DNA from: Longimicrobiales bacterium
GTDB taxonomy: Bacteria > Gemmatimonadota > Gemmatimonadetes > Longimicrobiales > Gaopeijiaceae
DNA: 64,000 nt
Direction: 5' to 3'
Assembly (NCBI GenBank): GCA_965202985.1
Contig: CBDBCF010000001.1
Coordinates: 736,001-800,000 of the forward strand
Both the position numbers and the translations under genes were made by a program. The notes under the pieces were generated by a model. It made no database searches. It was not told where the DNA came from and saw only the letters and a program-made list of their open reading frames with translations. Below are positions 1 through 9,799 of this stretch, in pieces (positions within the stretch are counted from its first letter, which is position 1; the number at the start of each line of letters is the position of its first letter).

Positions 1-994
1 GCGCGCAGTCCCGTCCGTCAAAGGGGTCGGCGTACTCGGCCGCGGCGCCGCAGACGTCGCGGGCAAAGTCCATGCGACTGGTCACCAGGGGCACGCCAAA
101 CTGCATGGCCTCCACGTAGGACGCCGAGAACGACTCCAAGACGGACGGCAAGAACACGGCGTCGGCGTCGCGGTACAGCGGCCCAAGCGCGGCGTGCGGG
201 ACCCAGCCCAGCCGTTCGATCGGCACGCGCTCGCCCCAACGTGCCAGCGTCGCACGAAACTCCTCCAGCCACGGCCCGTCGTCGGAGGAGGAGATCGTCA
301 TGACGAAGCGTCCGTCGCCGATGCCCATCTCGGCCAAGCGGGCACCCGTCTCCGGCAGCACCGCCCAGTTCTTGCTCGGCTTCGGGTCGCCGATGACCAG
401 GACCTTCCAAGGACGGCGCGCCTGCGGCCGGGAAGGTGCGGGGGCTTCGCCGGACAGGAACGCGGACGGCCCGTTGGGGACGATCGCGAATCGCGCCGGG
501 TCGATCTTCCACCGCGCCGCCAAGCGAGTCTTCATGGCTCGGGTCTGGACGCACACGCGCCCGGCTCGGCGGACGGCCAACCGGGCGTAGCGCTCGCGCG
601 CCTTGAACACGAAGCGCTGCGAATGCGACAGGCGCTTCCACAGGATCGACTTGGGGTAGGCGGCGGTGGCGTCGTGCCAGCCCACGACCGTCGGCACGGG
701 CGCTCGGACGGGGCCTGCTCCCATCGGCGTGAAGACCACGTCTGCGTTCCACCGACGCGCAAGTTGGGGAATGGCGTAGTTGTCGACCCACAACCGCTCC
801 GGCAGTCTGCCGGGCTCCATGACCTCGATCTGCTGCCATGGACTGGTGGTGGAGTCCTCGGAGCCGGCTCCGGGTCGAGAAACGCAGAGCCATTCGTCGC
901 CGTCGCCCCATTCCGCCACGGCACGCCAAATGTTGGCGGCGTTCTGCGACGCCCCGCCAGTGGACGCGGGCAACAAGTTGACGAGGATTCTCAC
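1..994 (-). CDS. Glycosyltransferase family 4 (3' end runs off window)
   Basis: Not in ORF track (no stop in window). Manual translation from GTG 994: MRILVNLLPASTGG...LYRDADAVFLPSVLESFSASYVEAMQFGVPLV, with the GT4 E-x7-E motif. GTGA overlap with wzy stop. Confidence 0.85.
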   Translation of the reverse strand, partial: MRILVNLLPASTGGASQNAANIWRAVAEWGDGDEWLCVSRPGAGSEDSTTSPWQQIEVMEPGRLPERLWVDNYAIPQLARRWNADVVFTPMGAGPVRAPVPTVVGWHDATAAYPKSILWKRLSHSQRFVFKARERYARLAVRRAGRVCVQTRAMKTRLAARWKIDPARFAIVPNGPSAFLSGEAPAPSRPQARRPWKVLVIGDPKPSKNWAVLPETGARLAEMGIGDGRFVMTISSSDDGPWLEEFRATLARWGERVPIERLGWVPHAALGPLYRDADAVFLPSVLESFSASYVEAMQFGVPLVTSRMDFARDVCGAAAEYADPFDGRDCA

Positions 995-2256
995 CGAGAC
1001 GCGCCCCCTTCGGCCCGAACTGCCGCGACGCGCGGGGGTCGCCCCGTCAGGTACAGATGGAGCGCCACCGCCGCGCCCCCGAAGAAGATCAGGTTGTTGC
1101 CCAGGAACCGGTGAGTGCGGAACGACAGCAGCACGGCCAGGAAGGCGTCGATGTACAGGACCAGCCACAGCAGGTTGGCGCGTCGTCGGAACCGGTCGTA
1201 GACGAAGGCGACAAGCGCCCCGTACGCCAGCGGCATGAACAGCGCTCCGGCGATGCCGAAGTCCAAGTAGAGAAACCCGAGGAACGTCGGCGTGTTGTGC
1301 GTGCCGTAGACGTAGAGGTGGTCGTTCACCCTGCGGGTCTCGGGGAAGAGCGTCTTGGGGAGGTCGTAGCTGTTCAACCCCATGTCCAACGGGCTGTCGA
1401 TCTTGGCCAGCGTGAACTGGAGGTTCTTGAAGCTGGCGCCCGTGTGAGCCCAAATCGTGGCCGCCACGCCCATGTCCACCCTGGGGTTGCGCAGCTCGGG
1501 TCGTTCCTGGAATTGGCGGCGCCGGCTAGCCTCCACGACCACGAAGATCGCCAGCCCGGCTGCGGCCACGAGCAAGGCGGAGCGACGCGAGACGCGGGGC
1601 CGTGCGTAGGCCCCGTAGACCGCGATCCAAGCCAGCGCCACCATGGCCGAGACGCGCACGCCGTTGACCATGAGCATGACGATGGAGGCTACCGCCAAGA
1701 CCAGCCACGCCGTGCGCCGGAGGGCGCCCCGTTCGCGCAGGAAGAGCATGGCGAACAGGAGCGCGGCAAGGATGTGGAGCTGGTACAGGTAGCCCAGTAA
1801 CGGAAGCTGAAACGACTGGCGAAGGGTGTTCACCTCGGGCGAGAACAGCGGAATTCCGTCCGAGACGCGCACGAACCACAGCGTGGTCAGAGTTGCGACG
1901 GCGAAGACGCCGAGTGCGGCCGGAACCAGCTTGGGGGACAACGCGACTTGGCGCAGGCGAGCGCTCAGCGCGTGCGGCTGCAAGGGCGTTGCGCGACGGC
2001 CCGACGCCAAGCTGAACCCCGCCGCGAACGCCAAGTACGCGACCACGACGACCAAGTACGTCCATGCGTCGAACGACTGGCCGTAGTAGGGCTCGTCGTA
2101 TCGCTCCGAGAAGCGGAAGTGGGAGAGGCCGAAGAACCCCAGCCACACCAGGGTGAAGACGGCCAGCGGATGCACCGGGTCGCGAGCCCCGGCGCCGATG
2201 CGCCATGCGCAGGCAACGGCCAGGGCGGCGAATCCCCCTCCTAGCAGGGCGTCCAA
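991..2256 (-). CDS. wzy: O-antigen/EPS polymerase (Wzy-like) integral membrane protein
   Basis: About 10 hydrophobic segments and C-terminal 'TFLGFLYLDFGIAG' typical of Wzy; sits among GTs and wza/wzc. Start uncertain (TTG 2256 chosen). Confidence 0.7.
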   Translation of the reverse strand: MDALLGGGFAALAVACAWRIGAGARDPVHPLAVFTLVWLGFFGLSHFRFSERYDEPYYGQSFDAWTYLVVVVAYLAFAAGFSLASGRRATPLQPHALSARLRQVALSPKLVPAALGVFAVATLTTLWFVRVSDGIPLFSPEVNTLRQSFQLPLLGYLYQLHILAALLFAMLFLRERGALRRTAWLVLAVASIVMLMVNGVRVSAMVALAWIAVYGAYARPRVSRRSALLVAAAGLAIFVVVEASRRRQFQERPELRNPRVDMGVAATIWAHTGASFKNLQFTLAKIDSPLDMGLNSYDLPKTLFPETRRVNDHLYVYGTHNTPTFLGFLYLDFGIAGALFMPLAYGALVAFVYDRFRRRANLLWLVLYIDAFLAVLLSFRTHRFLGNNLIFFGGAAVALHLYLTGRPPRVAAVRAEGGASR

Positions 2257-2327
2257 GTCGGAGGCCGGGCGGGCCGGAACGCGCCGGGAGCGCGTGCTGT
2301 GCGTTTCATGTCCAGCTTGGAAGCTAC

Positions 2328-2333
2328 TATAAT
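2328..2333 (+). promoter_or_regulatory. Consensus -10 box (TATAAT) upstream of wza-wzc
   Basis: Perfect TATAAT in the divergent wzy/wza intergenic region of very GC-rich DNA; -35 is poor. Confidence 0.5.
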
Positions 2334-2378
2334 CCAACGTCCCGCGATTCCGTCTTGAAGCACCCACCAAGGACGCCC

Positions 2379-3002
2379 GTGAAGCACCGATCGGCCACCG
2401 GCCTCCTCTTCGCCCTGGCAACCTTGGCAGCGTCGGGCGCGCCGGGCGCCGCAAGCCCGCAGGTCCAGGACCCGATGGGCGCGCTGCTGCCGGGCGACGT
2501 GATCGACATCGACATTTGGCAGGAGGAGACGCTCTCCGGCGAGTTCACCGTGGACGAGTCCGGGACCGTGGTCCTGCCCCTCGTCGGCGAGTGGAGCGTT
2601 GCAGGCGTGTCCGCCCGGGACCTTCGGGAGCAGCTCGCCGCGGCCTACGCCGTCTACCTGAACAACCCGTCGATCAACGTGAAGCTGCTCCGGCGCATCA
2701 CCGTGTCCGGCGAAGTGCGGGTCCCCGGTCTCTACACCGTGGACGCCACGGTGAGCATCGCCGACCTGATCGCGCGCGCCGGCGGCCTCAACGTGGACGC
2801 CGACGCCGAGAAGATTCTGCTCTTCCGGGACGGCCAGCGCCTGGAGCTGGACCTGAACGGCGCCACGGTGGTGGGCGAGGCCGGCCTGCGCTCGGGCGAC
2901 CGCGTGTCGGTGGGGAAGCGGGGCTGGCTGGGACGGAACCTGCCGTCGGTGGTGGGCATCGTCTCGATCATCAGCAACGTGGTCCTGATCGCAACCCGCT
3001 AG
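2379..3002 (+). CDS. Polysaccharide export protein (Wza/Poly_export + SLBB domain)
   Basis: Signal peptide; 'LLPGDVIDIDIW...FTVDESGTVVLPLVG'; SLBB 'VSGEVRVPGLY...DLIARAGG'. GTG 2379 after AAGGA. Confidence 0.85.
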   Translation: MKHRSATGLLFALATLAASGAPGAASPQVQDPMGALLPGDVIDIDIWQEETLSGEFTVDESGTVVLPLVGEWSVAGVSARDLREQLAAAYAVYLNNPSINVKLLRRITVSGEVRVPGLYTVDATVSIADLIARAGGLNVDADAEKILLFRDGQRLELDLNGATVVGEAGLRSGDRVSVGKRGWLGRNLPSVVGIVSIISNVVLIATR

Positions 3003-3005
3003 CGC

Positions 3006-5435
3006 GTGGACACGAACGGCCAGGCAAGCCCGCCGGAATCCGGCGCACCGGCGGTCGCGACCTCGGGCGACGGCGCGGGGCTGCAGTTCCGGGACTTCAT
3101 GAACCTTGTCCGGCGCAGCTTCTGGACGATCGTGGGCTGCACGTTGCTGGCCGCGGGCGGCACCGCGTACTTCGTCTGGACGGCCCGCCCCCTGTACGAG
3201 GCCAGGACGACGGTCCACGTGGACGCGAGCCGCCCCACCACGCCCGAGTTCGCCTTCATCACCGAGATGCTTCGGGCCAGCGACGTGAACACGGAGATGG
3301 CGCTGCTGGGCGCGCGCACGCTCATGGAGGCCGCCGTCGATTCCCTGGATCTGCAAGTGACCGTGGATCGCCCGTCGCGGTTTCGGCGAGAAGACCTGTT
3401 CTCGGAAGCCAGCGCCAGCCGAACCACGACCGCGGGACGCTACGACTTCGCGCGGGCCGCGGATTCGCCCGGCGCGCCCTACGTGATCACCGACGCGGAA
3501 GGAAGAGAGATCGGGCGCTTGGCTCCGGGCGAGGCGATCGTCTTCAACAGCGTCCGCTTGGTGCTGGCGCCGGCTGCCGCGGGAGACGAGTTCCCGCCCG
3601 AGTTCGGCATCCGCACTTTCGACTTCCGCCAGGCCTTGGAGAACTTGGTCCGGAACATGAGGGTCGAGCGCCCCGACAGGGAGGCGTCGGTGATGTCGGC
3701 GTCGTACCGGGACACGGACCGCGGGCTGGTCCGCGACGTGCCCAACGTGGTGGCGTCCCTTTATCTGGTGCGTCGCAACCAGTCCAAGCGACTGGAGGCC
3801 GACTCGACGGTGGCGTTCTTGGAGCGGCAGATCGTCGAGTACAGCGACCTGCTCCAAAAGGCGGAAGAGGACCGGCTGGCCTTTCAGCAGGGCGAACAGG
3901 TCGTGGACCTGCGGGCCGAGGGCGAGGCGCAGGTGCGTCTGCGGGCCGAAGCGCAAGCCGAGCGGCGCGACCTGGAGAACCAGCTGTCGTCGCTCACGTC
4001 GGTGCTGGGCGCGATCGAACGCCGGAACTCGGGCGCGGACCCGAACCGCCCGGCCGGGGAGCGGTCGCCGTACCGGGCGCTGGCGGGCTTCACGACGTTC
4101 CTGGAGAACCAAGCGGTCACCGAACTGCTGTCGGACCTGAACCAGATCGAGACCGAGCGCACGGCGCAGCTGGAGCTCCGGACCGTTGCTCACCCGGAGG
4201 TCGTGGCCATGGACGCCCAGATCCTGCAGCTGGAAGACGAACTCTATCAGCTGGCCGTGAACTATCGGGACAACTTGGAGGCCCAGATGCGGTCGGCGGA
4301 CGCCCAGTTGGCGCAGTTCGGACAGCAGCTCGAGCGCATCCCGGAACACTCGGTGCAGCTGACGCGACTGGAGCGCGAGGTGGAGAACCTGTCGCAGATC
4401 TACGGCACGCTTCGGACCCGGTTGCAGCAGGCGCGGGTCGCCCAGGCCGTGGAGTCGGGCGACGTGCGGATCGTGGACGCGGCCTCCGAGCCGACGAGGC
4501 CGATCCGCCCCCGCAAGGTGCGCGCGATGGCGCTGGCGCTCTTGTTCGGACTGGTTCTGGGCACCGCCCTGGGGGCCGCGCGCGACCACTTGGACGAACG
4601 AATCCACTCCCGGCAGCAGCTGGCGGGCCTGACCAACCTGCCGGTCCTGGCGACGATCCCCCGCATCTCCGGCGCGAACGGCAAGAGGAAGAGCGCGCGA
4701 TCGGGCCGGCACGCGCTCCCCTTCACCGCGGGCTCGCTGGGCGACCGGGGGTCCCCGGTTTCGGAGGCATTCCGGGCGTTCCGCACCAACATCACCTTCC
4801 TGAACGTGGACCGGCCGCCCCAGGCCGTCCTGGTGACCAGCCCGGGGCCGTCCGAAGGCAAGTCCACTTGCACGTGCAACTTGGCGGTCACGCTGGCGCA
4901 GCAGGACGCCTCGGTGCTCCTGCTCGACGCCGACCTCCGCCGGGGCGTCGTCCACAAGATGGTGGGCGAGCGGCGGCGCGAACCGGGGCTCACCAACATC
5001 CTCAAGGGCGACGCGACGTTCGACGAAGCGGTCCGGGTGGTCGAGCTGCCCGACGGCAAGTCGCTGCACGTCCTGACCGCCGGCACGCCGCCCCCCAACC
5101 CGTCGGAGCTGCTGGGTTCGCAGAACATGGGGACCTTGGTCGAGACGCTCCGTTCCCGGTACGGCATCGTCCTGTTCGATTCGCCGCCCTTGAATCTGGT
5201 GACCGACGCCGCGGTTCTGGGGACGCTGGTGGACGGCGTGATCCTCGTGGCTCGGGCGGGCGTCACGCACCAGGGAGCGCTTCGCTTCGCGCGCGGCCAG
5301 CTGGAAGCGGTCGCGGCTCCGCTGTCGGGCGTGGTCCTCAACGAGACCCTGGCCGGACGGCGCGGTCGCTACTACGGCGACGGCGGCGACTACGGCTACT
5401 ACCGCCGCTACTACAAGACGCTGGAGGACTCGTAG
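3006..5435 (+). CDS. wzc: Polysaccharide co-polymerase/tyrosine autokinase (Wzc)
   Basis: Two TM segments flanking a coiled coil; Walker A 'PGPSEGKST', A' 'LLLDADLRR', B 'VLFDSPP'; C-terminal Tyr cluster YYGDGGDYGYYRRYY. Confidence 0.92.
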   Translation: MDTNGQASPPESGAPAVATSGDGAGLQFRDFMNLVRRSFWTIVGCTLLAAGGTAYFVWTARPLYEARTTVHVDASRPTTPEFAFITEMLRASDVNTEMALLGARTLMEAAVDSLDLQVTVDRPSRFRREDLFSEASASRTTTAGRYDFARAADSPGAPYVITDAEGREIGRLAPGEAIVFNSVRLVLAPAAAGDEFPPEFGIRTFDFRQALENLVRNMRVERPDREASVMSASYRDTDRGLVRDVPNVVASLYLVRRNQSKRLEADSTVAFLERQIVEYSDLLQKAEEDRLAFQQGEQVVDLRAEGEAQVRLRAEAQAERRDLENQLSSLTSVLGAIERRNSGADPNRPAGERSPYRALAGFTTFLENQAVTELLSDLNQIETERTAQLELRTVAHPEVVAMDAQILQLEDELYQLAVNYRDNLEAQMRSADAQLAQFGQQLERIPEHSVQLTRLEREVENLSQIYGTLRTRLQQARVAQAVESGDVRIVDAASEPTRPIRPRKVRAMALALLFGLVLGTALGAARDHLDERIHSRQQLAGLTNLPVLATIPRISGANGKRKSARSGRHALPFTAGSLGDRGSPVSEAFRAFRTNITFLNVDRPPQAVLVTSPGPSEGKSTCTCNLAVTLAQQDASVLLLDADLRRGVVHKMVGERRREPGLTNILKGDATFDEAVRVVELPDGKSLHVLTAGTPPPNPSELLGSQNMGTLVETLRSRYGIVLFDSPPLNLVTDAAVLGTLVDGVILVARAGVTHQGALRFARGQLEAVAAPLSGVVLNETLAGRRGRYYGDGGDYGYYRRYYKTLEDS

Positions 5436-5451
5436 GGCCGGACGGCGCCGA

Positions 5452-6549
5452 TCAAGCGCCTGCGATGGCGGCTCGGAAGCGCGGGTACTGAACGTGACTC
5501 CAGATGCGGGCGTCGATCACCGCGCGCGCGGCCTTCCCTATCTGCGCCCCGTAGGCCGGCTCTTGGGCAAGTCGTCGCAGGCGAGCGGCAAATTCGTCGG
5601 GCGAAGTCGCGAACAGGGCGCTGGTCCCGTCCCCGACCATGTCTTCGATGCCTCCGCCCGGCGCCAGCACCACGGGAAGGCCGGCGGCCATGCAGTTGAG
5701 CACCGACACGCGGCCGCCCCGGCCCCGGCTCCATTCGTCCGCGCCCATCGGCGACACCGCGGCGTCCATGTCGCGCAGGGCCGCAATCTCGTTCTCCTCG
5801 GACCACTGCACGAACCGGACCCGCTCCGACAGCGCTTCGGCAAACCGGGGCGGACGACCGCTGCACACGACGATCCGAAGTCCGGGCACGTCGTCGGCCA
5901 GTGCGCAGAAGGCGTCCGACAGCGATTCCAAGTAGCCCAGGTTTATTTCGTGGCCGATCCAGCCCACGCGGAACCGGCCGGAGACTTGGTTCCGGGGCCG
6001 GGGAAAGTCGCGGAAGGCGTTGGCGTCCAGGCTGGGGTGGACGACTTGGACTTGGGGGTTCCGCTGGGCGGCGTAGCGGCGGAGGGGTTCGGAGCCCACC
6101 ACGACTTGGTGCGCGGTCTCCAAGGTGGCGTCCAGCCGGCGGCGGCGGGCACGGGCGATTGCGGGGGACTCGCCGTTCGGAGCGCGGGCGTAGAGGGCGT
6201 CGTCGAAGTCGTAGACGATGCGCTTTCCCGCCGCCCTCCACGCGCGGACGACCGCTCCTGGGAAGAGCAGCTTCTGGATCAGGACGACTTGGGAGGCGGC
6301 GGCGCCTTGCCAAGCCTTGCATGCGCATGCGGCGCGCGCGACGACGGCCCGGGGCGACCACCCGCCGCCTCCGCCGCCGTACTCGACCCAGCGGAGCGGC
6401 GCAAAGTCCCGTTCGAGGGCGTCCCGGTAGTTCCACAGGCGGTGACGAGTGCTGGCGGCCCGTCTGGACGCCGCGGCGATCACCAGGAGGGAGGGCCTTG
6501 CCCGAGTCGCCGACGCGACGGGCGCCGGAGCGGGCTGCGTTTGGGTCAA
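5452..6549 (-). CDS. Glycosyltransferase family 4
   Basis: 'VLIQKLLFP...IVYDFDDALY', 'VGWIG', 'MAAGLPVV'. Confidence 0.85.
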   Translation of the reverse strand: MTQTQPAPAPVASATRARPSLLVIAAASRRAASTRHRLWNYRDALERDFAPLRWVEYGGGGGGWSPRAVVARAACACKAWQGAAASQVVLIQKLLFPGAVVRAWRAAGKRIVYDFDDALYARAPNGESPAIARARRRRLDATLETAHQVVVGSEPLRRYAAQRNPQVQVVHPSLDANAFRDFPRPRNQVSGRFRVGWIGHEINLGYLESLSDAFCALADDVPGLRIVVCSGRPPRFAEALSERVRFVQWSEENEIAALRDMDAAVSPMGADEWSRGRGGRVSVLNCMAAGLPVVLAPGGGIEDMVGDGTSALFATSPDEFAARLRRLAQEPAYGAQIGKAARAVIDARIWSHVQYPRFRAAIAGA

Positions 6550-6616
6550 GGGGGCTCCGTCCGGGTCGTCCAGGTCAAGGTTACGTTAGCGACGGCAAGT
6601 TAGCGGAGGATCGGTC

Positions 6617-8623
6617 ATGTGCGGAATCGCCGGCTTTGCGGGCCGGAACACGACGGAGGGACTGGAGCGAATGACCGCCGTGTTGCGGCATCGGGGTCCC
6701 GACGACCACGGAACACTGGCGTTCCAGGGACCGGGGGGCTGGACGGGACTGGGCAGCACGCGCTTGGCGATACAGGACTTGAGCGGCGCCGGTCGGATGC
6801 CGATGTCCACCGAAGACGGCCGCTATGCGATCGTTTACAACGGCGAGCTGTACAACTTCCCCGACTTGCGGCGGACGTTGGAGGGCCGGGGCCGGCGGTT
6901 CCGATCCGGTGGCGATACCGAGGTGGTGCTGGAAGCGTACCGAGAGTGGGGAGCGGCGTGCCTGGACCGCTTCAACGGCATCTTCGCCCTGGCGATATGG
7001 GACGACCACGAGAAGAGCCTGTTCCTGGCCCGCGACCACTTCGGCGTCAAGCCGCTGTACATGGTCGGCCTGCCGGGGGGCGGCCTGGCGTTCGCTTCGG
7101 AGGCGAAGGCGCTCTTCGAGCTGCCGGAGGTCGAGGCCGCGGTGGACGCGGCGGCGCTGGTGCGGTACCTGACGTTCCTGTGGGTGCCCGAGCCGGGTTG
7201 CCTCTTTCGGGGCGTGACCAAGCTGCCGCCAGCGCACTACTGCCTGTACCGGGCCGGGGCGGGCGGCGGGACGGGGCTTCCCGAGCGCCGGCGGTATTGG
7301 GAGCTTCGGTTTCCGGGCATGGAGGGGGAGGGAGCGGTGTCCGCGTGTGGGCGGCGCGCGGCAGCGGGCGGGCGCCGGTCCGCTGGACGGCGGTCGGCGG
7401 CGCGGGAGCCGTCGGGGTTGGCCGCCCAGGTCCGCGAGCGCTTGGGGGCCGCCGTGGAGCGGCAGATGCTCTCCGATGCGCCGGTGGGGGCCTTTCTCAG
7501 CGCGGGGCTGGACTCCAGCTGCATCGTGGCGGCGATGGCCGACCGGAGCGACGAGCCGGTGCGCACGTTCACGGTGGACGCCGCGCCGAGCGGGGCCGGA
7601 GGGGCGTACGCCTTCGACGATCCGGGCGTGGCGGAGCGGACCGCTCGGCGTCTGGGGTGCCGGCACCGGACGTTGCGCGCCGAGCCCGCCGTGGCGGAGC
7701 TGCTGCCGAAGCTGGCGTGGCACATGGACGAGCCCGTGGGCGACCCCGCCGTCGTGACCGCCTACATGGTAAGCCGGGCGGCGTCCCGGGACGTGAAGGT
7801 GCTCCTGTCCGGGGTCGGGGGCGACGAGGTCTTCGGCGGCTACCGCAAGTACCGGGCTCACGACTTGGCCCTCCGCTACCAACGCCTGCCCGGGCTCCTG
7901 CGACGGGGCTTGGTGGAGCCGCTGGCGGCCCGGTTGCCGGCGCTGGCGAGGGCGCGCCTGGCCCCGCGGGTGCGGTTGCTCAAGAAGATGGCCCGGAGCG
8001 CTTCGCTGCCTCCCGTGGACCGCTTCGTGGCGAACTCGGTCTACCTGGACGAAGACGAGCGGGCGGGGTTGCTGACGGACCGGCTAGCCGACGGCGTGGG
8101 CGGCGCCGACCCCCGCGAGGATCATCTCGACGCCTTCGCGAGGTGCGAGGGCGCGGACTTCCTGCACCGGATGCTGTACGTGGACATGGCCACGTTCCTG
8201 CCCAGCCTGAACCTGCTGTACACCGACAAGACGAGCATGGCCGCGTCGGTGGAGGTGCGCGTGCCGTTCCTGGACCGGGAGCTCGTGGAATGGACGGCGG
8301 CCCGGGTCCCGCCCAGCATGAAGGTGAACGGCTCGGTCGCCAAGTACGTGTTGCGCTTGGCGATGGGCGACGCCGTGGGACCCGAGGTGCTGGCCCAGCC
8401 CAAGACCGGGTTCGGCGCGCCGGCCGGCCTCTGGTTGCGCGACGGGCTGTCGGAGATGATGCAGGACCTGCTGGCGCCGGACCGCGTGCGGCGACGGGGA
8501 CTCGTTCGCGCGGAGGCCGTCCAGTCGCTGATCGCCCGTCACATGTCGGGTCGCGAGGACCTGTCGTTTCAGCTGTGGCAACTTCTGGCGCTGGAACTGT
8601 GGGCGGAGCGGTTCCTGGGGTAG
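6617..8623 (+). CDS. asnB: Asparagine synthase (glutamine-hydrolysing) family amidotransferase, glycan-associated
   Basis: N-terminal MCGIAG (Cys2 nucleophile), HRGPD, YNGELYN, RDHFGVKPLY, LSAGLDSS, SGVGGDE, EVRVPFLD; GGAGG RBS. Confidence 0.93.
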   Translation: MCGIAGFAGRNTTEGLERMTAVLRHRGPDDHGTLAFQGPGGWTGLGSTRLAIQDLSGAGRMPMSTEDGRYAIVYNGELYNFPDLRRTLEGRGRRFRSGGDTEVVLEAYREWGAACLDRFNGIFALAIWDDHEKSLFLARDHFGVKPLYMVGLPGGGLAFASEAKALFELPEVEAAVDAAALVRYLTFLWVPEPGCLFRGVTKLPPAHYCLYRAGAGGGTGLPERRRYWELRFPGMEGEGAVSACGRRAAAGGRRSAGRRSAAREPSGLAAQVRERLGAAVERQMLSDAPVGAFLSAGLDSSCIVAAMADRSDEPVRTFTVDAAPSGAGGAYAFDDPGVAERTARRLGCRHRTLRAEPAVAELLPKLAWHMDEPVGDPAVVTAYMVSRAASRDVKVLLSGVGGDEVFGGYRKYRAHDLALRYQRLPGLLRRGLVEPLAARLPALARARLAPRVRLLKKMARSASLPPVDRFVANSVYLDEDERAGLLTDRLADGVGGADPREDHLDAFARCEGADFLHRMLYVDMATFLPSLNLLYTDKTSMAASVEVRVPFLDRELVEWTAARVPPSMKVNGSVAKYVLRLAMGDAVGPEVLAQPKTGFGAPAGLWLRDGLSEMMQDLLAPDRVRRRGLVRAEAVQSLIARHMSGREDLSFQLWQLLALELWAERFLG

Positions 8624-8758
8624 CTCGCACCTGCCGGCGCCCCGTGCGATGACGAAGCCTTGATGCCGTAGTCGTACCGTGGCGGCCCGCTCCGGGAACG
8701 CGATCGGCGTTCGCCGTGGAGCACCACCCCTTCACGCCCGCATGGAGACCGCCCCCGC

Positions 8759-9799
8759 ATGGACCGTCCCGCCCAAGCGCCCGAGTCGCGCCGGCACGAC
8801 CAGACCTACAAGCTCTTGTTCTCGCACGCCCCGGCCGCCGCCGACCTCATCCGCGACTTCGCCGCCAAAGGCTGGGACCACGCCCTCGATCTCGCGACGC
8901 TCGAGCCGTTCCCCACCGAGAGCGTCGGCCCGGAGCTGCAGCGCCGGCTGGGCGACTGCGCATGGCGGGCGTGGTTCAAGAGCGGCCGGGCGTCGGTCGT
9001 GTTCCTGGTCGAGTTCCAGTCCTCGGTGGATCGCGAGATACTCTTCCGCACCATGGGCTACAGCCAAGCGGCGCACTTGGCGTTCCACCGCTATCCGGGC
9101 CTGCGGGACCCGGGCGGCACGGTGCCGTACGCGACGTCGGTGGTCGTCTACTCGGGCGTGCAGCCGTGGAGCGCGGTCGGGACGCTGGCCGAGTTTGTGC
9201 GCGGGCGGCCGCCGTTGCTGCCGGAGGCTGCGCGCGGTCTGGTGGGCGACCGGGCGCACTCGCACGGTCACCGTGTGCTTGACTTGCAGTCCGCGTTCGG
9301 GCAAGACTTGCTTCCGAAGGACAGCGTGCTCGATTGGATCGCGGCGATGGAGCGTGCACCGTGGACGCACCTGCCGCGTGTTCGCCGGAGCTTGGTTGGG
9401 CGCTGGGGCGGACCGGAGCATTCGGACGTCCGCAGTGCGCTGGCGACCTGGACAAAGGAGCGGCTGCGGGTTGCGAGCGGTCCGAAGGAGCGCTGGCGGA
9501 AGGCGGTGCAGTGGATCATCCAACCGAGAGGAGAGGACGACATGGAGACCTACGAAGACTGGGCGAAGGGCCACGAACAGCGAGGCCGGGAGCAGGGCCA
9601 GGCCGAGCAAGGCCGGTCGATGGTGCTGCGGCAGGCTTCGCGGCGGTTCGGGGCGGAGACGGCGCGGCAGCTGGAGGGGCTGGTGGAGGGGATGGACGCG
9701 AAGGAGTTGACTCGCGTCGGGGACGCGGTGGTGGACTGCAACACCGGCGACGAGCTCCTGGACGTCGCGGGAAACGGGGCTTCCAGCGACGCCGACTAG
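8759..9799 (+). CDS. Rpn family recombination-promoting nuclease/putative transposase (PD-(D/E)xK), copy 1
   Basis: 'HDQTYKLLFSH', 'RRLGDCAW', 'VFLVEFQS', 'VVYSGVQPW'; C-terminal 'RRFGAETARQL' DUF4351-like tail. Confidence 0.82.
   Translation: MDRPAQAPESRRHDQTYKLLFSHAPAAADLIRDFAAKGWDHALDLATLEPFPTESVGPELQRRLGDCAWRAWFKSGRASVVFLVEFQSSVDREILFRTMGYSQAAHLAFHRYPGLRDPGGTVPYATSVVVYSGVQPWSAVGTLAEFVRGRPPLLPEAARGLVGDRAHSHGHRVLDLQSAFGQDLLPKDSVLDWIAAMERAPWTHLPRVRRSLVGRWGGPEHSDVRSALATWTKERLRVASGPKERWRKAVQWIIQPRGEDDMETYEDWAKGHEQRGREQGQAEQGRSMVLRQASRRFGAETARQLEGLVEGMDAKELTRVGDAVVDCNTGDELLDVAGNGASSDAD
9542..9799 (+). CDS. Putative internal in-frame small protein (Rpn-S-like, 85 aa) of Rpn copy 1
   Basis: GAGGAGAGGACGAC-ATG (ATG 9542, in frame with 8759), just before the C-terminal helical tail. 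Confidence 0.55.
   Translation: METYEDWAKGHEQRGREQGQAEQGRSMVLRQASRRFGAETARQLEGLVEGMDAKELTRVGDAVVDCNTGDELLDVAGNGASSDAD

Noticed and set aside
2241..5491. Very long alternative ORFs (1009 aa minus, 991 aa plus), and similar ones at 12053-14257, 20061-22481 and 50009-52822
   Set aside because: Shadow frames of real genes in high-GC DNA; low-complexity Arg/Gly/Ala-rich translations with no motifs.
8624..9799. Rpn genes as IS elements with terminal inverted repeats or target-site duplications
   Set aside because: No TIRs or TSDs found by eye around any copy.
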